Below, piece by piece: positions 37,935-49,896 of a DNA stretch of 64,000 nt; position 1 is the stretch's first letter, and each line of letters starts with the position of its first letter. The translations under genes were made by a program, and so were the position numbers. The notes under the pieces are model-generated. The model did not search any database, was not told where the DNA came from, and saw nothing but the letters and a program-made list of their open reading frames with translations. This DNA comes from Eledone cirrhosa. Its lineage: Eukaryota. The stretch covers positions 332,196,001 to 332,260,000 of the forward strand of contig OZ024743.1 in NCBI GenBank assembly GCA_964016885.1, in the 5' to 3' direction.

Positions 37935-38215
37935 CTCTCACTCAGTCACCTTCATCTTTCTTCAACACATGACCCAGCCATCTCATTCTATTTCTCTTCA
38001 CAACATTCATCACTAGCTCTATTCCTCTCATCCAGTCACTTTCATCTTTCCTCAACACATGACCTAACCATCTCATTCTATTTCTCTTCACAACATCAAT
38101 CACTGGTTCTATTCCTCTCATCCAGTCACCTTCATCTTTCTTCAACACATGACCCAACCATCTCATTCCATTTCTCTTCACAACATTCATCACTGGCTCT
38201 ATTCCTCTCATCCAA
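37935..38215 (-). repeat. 90-bp tandem repeat (3 copies) derived from RTE coding sequence
   Basis: Translates as WMRGIEPVMNVVKRNGMRWLGHVLKKDEGD three times; compare [14 protein letters not shown]. Confidence 0.8.
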
Positions 38216-38502
38216 GATGTCTGGTATATTCCAGCTTTTTGTATTTTCAATTCAAATCAATTCAAATCACATAACTTGTCACCTAGTTTAACACCACCCC
38301 AACCTGAACCTTGGATGCCTTAACTCGTTTGATACCTTAAACCGGCCTGATTCCACGATACTGTTGTTTATATTAAAATGTTCATTTATATATATATTAT
38401 AAAGAGTTGTGACCCAACGACTGAGCTCTTGCTATTTCAACTCTGTTGAGTAATGGTCTAATTAGTTTCAAACTTGTTCTATCCTGATATATATATATAT
38501 CT

Positions 38503-38702
38503 ATAGGAACGAGTAGGACCCCGACGGCTGAGCTCAAGCCGTTTCGACGGCTAATTCTGAATTAGTCCAGAATTAACCGTCGAAACGGCTTGAGCTCAGC
38601 CGTCGGGGTCCTACTTGTTCCTATTACCCACTCTACTACCCTAAGTATTGAGTACTTTGGTGCGTTATGGTCCACCTGGTTCCTTACCACATTTCCTTCG
38701 TT
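38503..38702 (+). mobile_element. Short PLE-derived element: 57-bp-arm palindrome holding half a hammerhead, plus a ~78-bp tail, inserted in (TA)n
   Basis: Arms 38503-38559 and 38568-38624; homologous to 46528-46690 in opposite orientation. Confidence 0.7.
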
Positions 38703-39199
38703 ATATATATATATATAAACTTACCATTATAATTTTATACAAGAAATTTTCTTAAGTTATGATCCAAACACTAACTTAATGAGAAAATTACACTGAATTT
38801 CTTCAAATTCTTGATCATTTTCAAAATATTGAAAATAAAATAGGCAGCAGATTTCATTGGAAATATGGTAAGAAAGGGTTAAGTAGAAATTATTCTGTTG
38901 CAAACATTGAGAGCACGACTCTAGTTTTAAAATATCCTCCTTTCAGAAGGATAATAAACACTGACCTTCCTTCTTCATTTCATTTTCATTTCATTTTACG
39001 TCCACTTTTGCCTGCTTGCAGGGTGGGACGGGAACTGATTCTGGCTTGATAAGTAAACTGAGTAAACTGGAGCAATGTGAAATAAAGTGTCTTACTCAAG
39101 GAAACAACACATCACCCGGTCTGAGAATTGAACTCACAACCTTTCGATTGCACTAAGCCATGTGCCTCTTCATTAAATAGTATTAAATAAATCATCATT

Positions 39200-39720
39200 T
39201 TATGTCCACTTTTCCATTCTTCATAGGTTGAACAGGCCTTTTCCACACTTGCATGGCTTGAACGGGTCTTTTCCACGCTTGCATGGGTTGAACAGGTCTT
39301 TTCCACACTTGCATAGGTTGAATGGGTCTGTTCCACGCTTGCATGGGTTGGACATGTCTTTCTTAAGTTTGCACAGGTTGGACGTGTCTTGCCCATGCTT
39401 GCATAGAGTGGACAGGTCTTTTCCATGTTTGCATAGATTGGACGGGTCTTTTCCAGCACAGTATCCCTCCACTTATTGTGTCATCTGCTCAGGGAACTTC
39501 AGCAATTTGGGGTCAGCTCTCACCACCTCTATTCCTGTCTTCTTTGGTCTTCCTTTACTAGTTTCCTTTCACTGGGATTTTTTCAGCACTTCTTCACTGA
39601 ACAACCCTCAGCTATATATAATCAAATAGCCATACCAACACATATTTCTCTCTTACACACTATATCTTATTCCTCTTATCCCCAGTTTTTTTGTTTTTTT
39701 CTCACCTCATCTAGAAATGT
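39200..39720 (-). mobile_element. Decayed RTE 3' end whose terminal 30 bp are amplified ~8 times (39220-39460)
   Basis: Unit TTTTCCACACTTGCATGGGTTGAACAGGTC, translating as KTRPTHASVE repeats. Confidence 0.75.
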
Positions 39721-39783
39721 CATGTTTTAACCATTCAAAAACAAAAGATTGTTACCAGTTACCTGATAAATAATACAGCAAAG

Positions 39784-40085
39784 ATTAACTCTTTCATTAC
39801 CATATTGCTAATGAAAGACACTGCCTATATAATTAACTTTCTCATTACTATATTTCTAATGAAAGACACTACCTATTGTTTTCAATTAATTTGGAAATTA
39901 TTCAAGAATTTGGGGAAGATTTAGTAATATAACTAACCTGTGCATTATTAAACTAATGTTTGAAGCCTAACTTAAAGATTCTTGCATAAAATTATGATGG
40001 AAGGCTTTTAGATACTTTAAAATAAACAACTTCAGTATTGTATAACCAGAAACAATTTCATACAGTTTGGTATCCAAAGCAGTTG
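39784..40085 (+). mobile_element. Decayed MITE-like element with TTAACCCTTT-type ends; related remnants near 31800-32010, 38720-38882 and 41330-41523
   Basis: Left end TTAACTCTTTCATTACCATAT, right end TGGTATCCAAAGCAGTTGA; shared internal AAATTATGATGGAA segment. Confidence 0.5.
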
Positions 40086-40499
40086 ACAAGAGAGCCTCTA
40101 CATGGCTGCTCAAATTGCTAGAAATACCAGCCAAATCTCCCCACACACTTCACTGTTTTAAAAAAGGAAAGAGACATTGGAAAATGTAATTTTACATACA
40201 CTTAAAAAGTTGAAATTGTTGTGGTTGGAATGTCTTTGACAACAGGTCCGTATGACCTGGTGCTAAACAGTAACAAATAACAAGCAAGAATGCTTTCAAG
40301 CCACTATGTTATGGATGTACCCACATCAAAAGCAGCTGTCTAAAAAATATATTGAACAGACAAGATTCCCAGGAGATATGACATTTCAAAAACTATAATG
40401 TATTCCTGTAAAGGATTGCCACAACTAAAATACCAAAGACAGAGAAAAAAGTGGAATATAGTCAGGCTTTAAGAATACAAAAAAATATTGATGGAACAT

Positions 40500-41095
40500 T
40501 CCAGTGAATTTACTACTACTACTACAACCATCATTGGCAATCAAGTATGACGTGGTATCATGTAACATTGAATTAACTACCACCACTACTACTACTACTA
40601 CTACTACAGCCATCATTGGCAATCAAGTATGACTTGGTAGCATTACTATTGAATTAACTTATGCCACTACTACTACAACTATTGGTACTGCTACTACAAC
40701 TATTGGTACTACTACTACAACTATTGGTACTACTACAACTATTGGTACTACTACTACAACTATTGGTACTACTACTACAACTATTGGTACTACTACTACT
40801 ACTACAGCATCAATGGCAATCAAGTATGACTTAGTAGCATGTACCATTGAATTAAATGCTACTACTATTGCTACTACTACTGCTACTACTACTGCTACTA
40901 CTACTACTACTACCATCACTGCCAATCAAGTATGACTTGGTAGCATGTAACATTGAATTAACTACTATGACTACTACTACAACTACTGCTGCTACTACTA
41001 CCATCATTTCCAATCAAGTATGATTTGGTAGAGTGTAACATTGCATTAACTAACATCTGTCACCACTGGCAATCAAGTTTGACTTGGTATCTGAT
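40500..41095 (+). repeat. Compound repeat: GGCAATCAAGTATGACTTGGTAGCATGTAACATTGAATTAA interleaved with (CTA)n
   Basis: About 6 recurrences with variable (CTA)n spacers. Confidence 0.8.
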
Positions 41096-41491
41096 GCTTT
41101 CACTGAATGCTACACATTGTCCGCAGAAATGTCTTTGCAGTTTTGTCCATGTGGCGCAACCAAAGCAATGCCTCAACCTAGACATAGAGTCTGTCACCCT
41201 CTCCTGTTGCCTAATAGTCCTTGTTCTTTCCCTCTTTTTCTTCTCATTTATGGCATTTATAGTCCTTTCCTCTACTTTCCTAAACAGCCAGATCTGTCCT
41301 TCTTTACCCCCTCCTTTTTTTCATTATATAATAATTTTTTTTTAATAACTAGATAAAATCATAAATGAAGTTCTAGAAAAAAAAACCCAGAAAATTGAAT
41401 GCCACCAAGAAACAAGAAAGGTTTCTTTTCTTTTATTTGATAAAATATAAACATTTTAAAATAAACAGTCTCATTTCACGAAACCAGGATA

Positions 41492-42025
41492 AGTCACAGG
41501 TGGTTTGGTAGTAAAAGAGTTAAGGTACAATGAAGTAGCAATACAAACTTGCTATGTACCACAGAACCAGTAGTAGTCACAGGTAGTTTTATAGTAAAAG
41601 AGTTAAGGTACTGTGAAGTAGCAATACAAACTTGCTATGTACCACAGAACCAGTAGTAGTCACAGGTAGTTTTATAGTAAAAGAGTTAAGGTACTGTGAA
41701 GTAGCAATACAGACTGGCTATGTACCACAGAACCAGTAGTAGTCACAGGTAGTTTTATAGTAAAAGAGTTAAGGTACTGTGAAGTAGCAATACAGACTGG
41801 CTATGTACCACAGAACCAGTAGTAGTCACAGGTAGTTTTATAGTAAAAGAGTTAAGGTACTGTGAAGTAGCAATACAGACTGGCTATGTACCACAGAACC
41901 AGTAGTAATCACAGGTAATTTGGTAGTAAAAGAGTTAAGGTACTGTGAAGTAGCAATACAGACTGGCTATGTACCACAGAACCAGTAGTAATCACAGGTA
42001 ATTTGGTAGTAAAAGAGTTAAATTA
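41492..42025 (+). repeat. 83-bp tandem repeat, ~6 copies
   Basis: AGGTAGTTTTATAGTAAAAGAGTTAAGG at 41581, 41664 and onward. Confidence 0.92.
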
Positions 42026-42404
42026 AATAGCAATACAGAGCTACTGGGTTGGGAAATAAAGATTAAATTGTTTGAGGAGTTTGACTGCTCAGTACATGTG
42101 AATCTCTGTCGCTTGACTAAAGATAAGGAGGAAAAATATTTATGATAAACTGAAGGGTCCTTCACCAGTTTCAATGATGAGCATTCAGTTGTACAGTTAA
42201 GTGGACAGAAAACTCATTGAATTAACATTCAAATGGCTGAATATTCCACAGACCAGCATACCTTTAACATAATATTCAGGAATAATTAGCATGACACCAT
42301 ATGAGAGAGAGAATCTTTGAATTACAGGTACAGCCCACTTGAGAGGCTTCAACATTGTCTCATTGACAAGATTTTGCTAACACAGTTGCCTAAGATGCTA
42401 CACA

Positions 42405-43012
42405 TCGTCATCATCACTGTTTTATGTCAGCTTTTCCATGCTTACATAGGCTGAACATGTCTTTTCCAGCAAAGCACACCTCCACATATCACAGTCTTTT
42501 GTCAACTCCACTGAGCTTCAGTGATTTGGGATCATCCCTCATAACCTTTGCATAAGTCTTCCTTAGCTCCCTTCCACTGAGATTTTTTGACATCTTCACC
42601 CAGTCATCATCATTTATACACACCACATGACCACACCAATACAGTTTCTCTGCTGCACACTACATCTGATTCCTCTTATGTCCAGATTTTCTCATAGTTC
42701 ATCCATGCTTTGTCATTCCCGTACATTAGCATTGCACATCCAACAAAGTATGCTTGCTTCATTTCTCTTTAGCCTTCACATTTCCTCTGCATTTATTGCC
42801 CATATCTCACTGCCATGCAACATTGCACTATGCACACAGTCATCATACAGTCGGCATTTCTTTCACAGAAAGAAACCTTTTATTGACAACAGAGGTAGTA
42901 ACTCCTTGAACTTTTTTCCATCCTACTTTTACTCTAGCTACTATACTTTCGGTGTAGCCTTGACTCCAATTAATTTGATCACCTAGGTCGCAGAAGCTAT
43001 CAACCACTTCAT
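42405..43012 (-). mobile_element. Decayed RTE LINE 3' fragment
   Basis: Colinear with family A 21110-21700 (VDSF.LG, WKKFKELLPL, NEASM). Confidence 0.8.
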
Positions 43013-43074
43013 GACACAGTGAGATAAAACCCAGAACCTTGTGATTTCAAAGTTAATGTCTTAGCCATTAACTG

Positions 43075-43530
43075 ATGCTTAAGTCCACATAAGGAACTAA
43101 TATTGTACAATATAACCATAGCTACCCCACTGTATTAGCTTCATAATGAACTAATATTGGTGGATTGGCAGTATCGGTAGAGGGTCGGATGCCATGCTTT
43201 CCAGCATAGTTACGTCCCTTAACGATCTGAGTTCAAATCCCGCTGAGGTTGACTTTGCCTTTCATCCTTACGGGGTCGATAAAATAAAGTACCAGTAATG
43301 CATGGGTAATTGCTGGCCTTGTGCCAAAAAGTAGAAACAATTATACAATATAACCACAGCTTCACCACTCTCATGGCTTCACATGATGAACTAATATTGT
43401 ACAATATAACCATAGCTACCCCACTGTTTTAGCCTCATAATGAACTAATATTATACAATATAACCACAGCTTCAGATGAACTAATATTGTACAATATAAC
43501 CATAGCTACTCCAATATTATAACCTCATAA
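43075..43530 (+). repeat. ~55-bp tandem repeat interrupted by a SINE family 1 copy (43160-43343)
   Basis: GAACTAATATTGTACAATATAACCATAGCT units lie on both sides of the SINE. Confidence 0.8.
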
Positions 43531-44771
43531 GGAATCATTTGAAAAGAAATTTACCAACATGTTATGCCTACAAACAGGAGTGTTTGGTAATCAGATGGAG
43601 ACAATATAGAGTCTCAGAGGATTTTTCAGTCTGAAGGAGCATGTGACAACTTCTCTAATGCTGGTTCCATGAAAAAATGCACCCAGTTCACCTTGTAAAG
43701 TACTAAAGCTGATGACATGAAAAATGTTCTTAGTACACTCTGCAAAATGGCTGGTGTTAGGAAAGGCACCCAGCTGTAGAAACCATGCCAAATATGGAAT
43801 GTATGAGCCAAGATGAGGTCACTCCTGCCTGTCAGGTCTCAGACTGTGAGAACTTGTCCAATCCATGCCAACATGGAAAGCAAATGTAAAAAGATGAAAA
43901 GGCTAAATAGGTGTTATCAACAAGCGAAATCTTTATGGTTAATCAACCTGCTAGAAATAGCAACTAGACTTCCCTCAGACCAGACATCATTTTAGTCAAC
44001 TGCAAGAGGTCACTGTTTCCTGCTTTTAACCCTTAACATCCTATACCACATGAAACATACATTAGCAGGACCTTGCAAATTTTCACAATCTGTCCACCAG
44101 TAAAAATAGTATAAACATTTGAATTAACAAACTTATTTTTAGCTATTTTCTATCAAACCATTATAGAATCTTCATTATTAGTTAAGATCAACAGGAAGAT
44201 GGCTAGAGTTTACTGACACTGTCAGAGACCAAAGGAACTGGCCTGTGAGAGGATTAACAGGGGATGGGGGTGAATGTCCTTCCAAAACAATGGTCTAATA
44301 GAGAAAGTTAGTGCCAGGATATTAACTATGTCTGCCATTATGCCTCACACATTCCAAAGTTGTAGTGGATAAATGATGATGGTGGTGGTGGTGGTAGTGG
44401 TGGCGGTGATAGTGATGATGACGGTGGTGGTGATGGTAGTGATGATGGTGGTGATGGTGATAGTGATGATGGCGGTGGGAGTGGGGGTGAGGGTAGTAAT
44501 GATGGTGGTAGTGATCATAATGGTACTGTGTCATTTGCTTTGTTATTTCTGTTTACTTTTTTTACATACATATGTACATATAAACAAATATATACATATA
44601 TATATGAATGTGTGTATAAAATCGTTTTACATCAACTTTTCTTTGGTGGCATGGGTTGCATGGGACTTTTTATTAGGAAAATGTTAGACAGTCAGATACC
44701 CTTCCTGATACCAACCCTTTTAATCCCTTCTTACAACATGCAGAGATACAGTACCTATTTTAAACTGGACG

Positions 44772-44807
<36 letters not shown>

Positions 44808-44808
<1 letters not shown>

Positions 44809-45376
44809 AAAACATGAGAAGAAAGAAGAATACTGCGTGGTTGCACATGGGTTACATATGATAAAAATAGTCCTTCGTCAGTGATTTTCCAACCATCATT
44901 GGTATTTCATCGCATTAAAAATCATATAACTCAGGTTGGTGCGAGCAATAACTAAAAAATGTTATTGGGACCAGTAAATCGCGTAAAGCGAGGGGGACAA
45001 GTAAACAACATAGAAGGATAAAAGCAAACCAAAGATAGGAAAATAAACAAGCAACATGGTTGTCCGGTCAGCATAAGCTGGGTGGATTTCATGAGTGAGA
45101 GAGGTACAGACCGTCCGACGTGAGTGAGATGTAAGCAAGAAGAGACCCACTACAAGCCAAACGGGAGGAAGTGAGAAGGGGAGAAACAGAGAGTGAGTGA
45201 GTGGAAGTGCGAGGAAGAGGTCAGCCGAGAGAAAGTGTAACTGACAGAGGGGGCGAAAGAAGGTGAGAGAAACAGAGAGAGTGGGGAAGCAGTAAGAGAG
45301 AAACAGACAAACGCAGCCGAGGTAAATATATATAAAAAACATGAGAAAGAAGAATACTGCGTGGTTGCACATGGGT

Positions 45377-45383
<7 letters not shown>
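44808..45383 (-). mobile_element. ~575-bp element with ~50-bp direct terminal repeats in (TA)n; possible solo PLE pLTR
   Basis: AAAACATGAGAA..AGAAGAATACTGCGTGGTTGCACATGGGTTACATAT at both ends; CTGACGA on the minus strand at ~44875-44881. Confidence 0.5.
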
Positions 45384-45416
<33 letters not shown>

Positions 45417-45444
45417 TATATATATATATATATACACACACACA

Positions 45445-45495
<51 letters not shown>

Positions 45496-45853
45496 TAAAG
45501 ACTCCCTTCTGTCAGGAATGACCATGGGATTTGTACCTAGAAATGTTTCTTTCCAAGGTACAAGTCTGGGCAAAGTTGTTTGTGGAAGACCAGCAGTCGC
45601 CCATAAATACCAGTCTCCCCTCTCCACGCCACCGATGTTGTCCAAGGGAATAACAATGGCCGATGCAACTTGGCACCAGTGCGAGAATCAAACTAATAAC
45701 CTCACAATTTTGAATCCAATACTCTAACCACTAAGCCACACATACATGATTCGGTAGATTTGTGGTTTACTGTGGAAGGTACCAATATTAGCACACTATG
45801 CCATAGCAGAGTGTATGCATTAATAAGATCAAAAAGTGAGATTCTTGTTTTCT

Positions 45854-45960
45854 TTGATTAATACGTCTGATGAGCAGATTGGTGCTGGTGAAGAGTTCAT
45901 AACACATAGATGGATCCTGAGCCACCCATCTGTGAAACTTTCATAACTGAGCCTAATCAA
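45854..45960 (+). ncRNA. Degenerate hammerhead-like motif with long stem II
   Basis: TTGATTA..CTGATGA GCAGAT...ATCTGT GAAA CT..AG CC TAATCAA; the cleavage triplet reads GCC rather than NUH. Confidence 0.45.
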
Positions 45961-46527
45961 TACAAACATCAATGTGAAACCTTGTTTTGTTTTATATATA
46001 TATATATATATATATAGCATGGAACAAACTACCTGCATCAGTTGTTAGCTGTCGAGACACTGCATCCTTTAAAACATCCATGCTTCCTGAGATTCGCCAA
46101 CACTACTCCTAATATTCCCCCTTCCATACATATACACACATGTATATCATGACTCGTACACTATTCACTTCCCTGACATTTGTATATTATTCTATGTACT
46201 ATACATGCATCTTTGAGGAGTTGTGGTGCACCTGAGCACTGTACACAATAATTTCATTATTATTATTATTAGAACTAAATGAATAGAATAGCAAAAATAG
46301 ACAGGCAGAATGATTGTTTTATAAAAGTGTGTGTGTATGTGTGTACATATATGTATATAACATATCATAAACATCATTTAATGTCCACTTTCCACGCTGG
46401 CATGGGTTAGACTGATATATATATATATAACGAATGCGAGCAAGACAATCACTCTTGCCTCAAGTGGGAAAACCCCCGTCCAAACCCATGCAAGCGTGGA
46501 ACACGGACGTTAAACGATGATGATGAT

Positions 46528-46690
46528 AACGAAGGAGTTGTGGTAAGGAACCAGATGGACCAGAGTGGGTAATAGGAAAATGTATGACCCCGACGGGAGA
46601 GCTCAAGCTGTTTCGACGGCTATTTCTGGAGTCCAGAAATAGCCGTCGAAACGGCTTGAGCTCTGCCGTCGGGGTCATACATTTTCCTAT
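46528..46690 (-). mobile_element. Second half-hammerhead palindromic element
   Basis: Arms 46572-46630 and 46632-46690 (57/59 complementary); tail 46528-46571 matches 38625-38702 with an internal deletion. Confidence 0.7.
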
Positions 46691-47269
46691 ATATATATAA
46701 TTATGTAATAAACAGCATAATTACATAATTAAATAGCTCTGTAGTATACATAGAACACTCTCCTTTCCTTTACCCTTTATACGGAAATACTTCATATATA
46801 TATATATATATATACACGCGCGCGCATAAATACACACATACACGTGTTTCTGTAATCATGTAAACACAGAACAGGGTATAAAATAGATGTACATATATAA
46901 ATACAAAACACAAGCAATGTAAGATAGAAAACACAACCTGTTTGTTTGTATCAAATACAGTTGAAGTAGGGGTATAAATATCCAATCACAATGTCTGATC
47001 TGTTGTTTAAGGTAATCTTAGTCCCCAGGTGGCAGTGTTGTTGCTACAGCAATTCATATAAATATATATATATATAATGTATGTATGTAGGTGTGTGATT
47101 GTGAATGTATGTATATAAATATATCGACAACAGTTGCAACTACATTTAAAATAATCTAACTTTTTACTAAATTAATACTGAAGTTGAAAAAACTCAACAG
47201 CTGGCTCACCACACGCCAAAGTTGTTCACTAAATGAAACAACTACCACCACCACCACTACTACTATTAT

Positions 47270-47302
<33 letters not shown>

Positions 47303-48369
47303 TACTACTACCACCACTACTACTACTGCCACTATTGTTTCCACTACCACCACTACCACCACTCCATAACATACAGACATTATAGAAATGATCTCCTCCC
47401 ACTCTTCCTAACCCTAACAAGGATTGGCTCTTATGCGGTTTCACTTGCGTTTTTTACATTTTAATTTTGTTTGTGCTTTCATGAATGTTATTTTGTTTGT
47501 TTATGTAATATTTTGCTGTTTTGTTGTTTGTTGATCCATGTATTTATTTAGTTACATGTTGGTGTACACATTTACCATGGAAAAGTATTCACAGATTATA
47601 TACATACACACACATACACATACATATATATATATAGAATATACATATCATCATCGATTAACGGCTATCCTCCACACTAGCATGGGTAAGACGGGTTTGT
47701 CCCATTTAGAGGCAAGTTGGGTCAGTTGACCGTGTCTCGCTCAAATAGGAGAGTTTCTGACTGGTTTTCTACGGCTGGATGCCCCTCCTAACGCCAATCA
47801 CATTTACAGTGCATCCTGGGTGCTTTTTGTTGTGTCATTTACACGTCCACATTACAGTGAGGGTTGGGTGTTTTGGGGCTTGATTTTCACAGCTGGATGC
47901 CCTTCCTAACGCCAACCACATTGACAGTCTGCTTTTCACCGTGTCTTTTACACGTCCACTTTACAGTGTGGGTTGGATGTTTTGTGGTACCAGCATAATA
48001 CACACACACACATATATATATATATATATGGTTAGAGCATTGGGCTTGCACATGGGAGTTTGTGAGTTTGATTCTCGAACCGAGTGATGTGTTGTATCCT
48101 TGAGCACTTTATTTTACATTGCTCCAGTTTACTCAGCAGTAGAAATTAGTTGCAACATTACTGCTGCCAAGCTATATTGGCCATTGCCTTTCCCTTGGAC
48201 AACATTGGTGGTGTAGAGGGGGGAGGCTGGTGTGCATGGGTGACTGCTGGTCTTCCACAGACAACATTGCATGGACTTGTCTCTCAGAGGGAAACTTTCA
48301 AGATGCAAATCCCATGGGCATTTGTGACCGAATGGGGTCTTTACTCTTTTATATGTATGTATGTATGTA

Positions 48370-48400
<31 letters not shown>

Positions 48401-49896
48401 ATACATACATGTACATATATATATATATACATATATTTATACACAATAAAAACATACAAATATTTGTACATACACACATATATAGACACATACACACATA
48501 CATATATACATATACACTTCCACACATACATACAATCATACATACAAAACATTCAAGCAAGCATTTTAAGAATGTGTGTGTGGCGATGAGTGTGTCTGTA
48601 TGTGGCCATGTATGTGTGTGTGAGTGTGTCCGTGTGTGTGTGTGTGTGTGAATGTGTGTGAGCGTGTCTGTTTGTGAGTGTGTCTGTGTGAGTGTGTGAG
48701 TGTGTTTGAGTGTGTTTCTGTGTGAGTGTGTGCGTATGAGTATAAGTGTGTGTGTGTGTGTGTGTAGTCTGTATGTGTAGGTTTGTGTGTGTGGTCTCCA
48801 TGTGTAGGTTTGTGTGTATGTGTGTAGTCAGTATGTGTGTGTGTGTGCACACATACACAGATATTTACACACACAGGCAGGCAGAACACACAAAGACACA
48901 CACGCATAATCTGAAATTCTGATTAGTGACAATCCTCAACCATTTATATAATATATTATAGAAGCCATGTGAAGCTCTAAATAATTATTGTTAAACACAC
49001 CTGATGATGGTTGTGATGATGGTGATTGTTATGGTGATGACGAAGTTAGTAATGATGATGACAATGGTGATGGTGATGACTGGTGATGATGGTGGTGGTG
49101 ATGACTGGTGGTGCTGGTGATGACAATGATGATGATGGTGGTGGTGGTGACTGGTGGTGATGGTGATAATAATGATGATGATGATGATTGTGATGGTGGT
49201 GGTGGTTGTGGTGGTGGTTGTGGTGGTGGTTGTGGTGGTGGTTGTTATGGTGGTTGTTATGGTGGTAGTGGTGGTGGTGGTTGTTGTGATGGTGGTGGTG
49301 GTGGTTGTGATGGTGGTGATGGTGGTGATGGTGGTAGTGGTTGTGGTGGTGGTGATGGTGGTGGATGTGATGGTTGTCATGGTGGTGGTTGTGATGGTGG
49401 TGTTGGTAGTGTTGGTGGTTGTGATGGTGGTGGTTGTGATGGTGGTGTTGGTGGTGGTGGTGGTTGTGATAGTGGTGTTGGTGGTGTTGGTAGTGGTAGT
49501 TGTGATGGTGGCATTAGTAGTGGTGGTGACTGTGGTGGTGGTTGTGACAGTGGTGGTGGTTGTAGTGATGAATCAGTTATATTTTACTGGGAGGTGACAC
49601 AAAACTTTTCTTACTTTTATGAATAGATTATTTTAGAACAAAACGCATAAAACCACACACACACACTTAAATACACACACACACACTAGAATACACACAG
49701 ACGCACTAAAACCACTGGGGTATATATTTAATTACAAACACAGTAAAACACAAATAAATTAAATATATATATATATCCATCATCATCATCATCATCGTTA
49801 TCATTATCATTATTGTCATCATCATCGTTTTACGTCCATTTTTCCACGCTTGCATCGAAACTATATCTCGACACAAATGACTGAATATTTATCATT

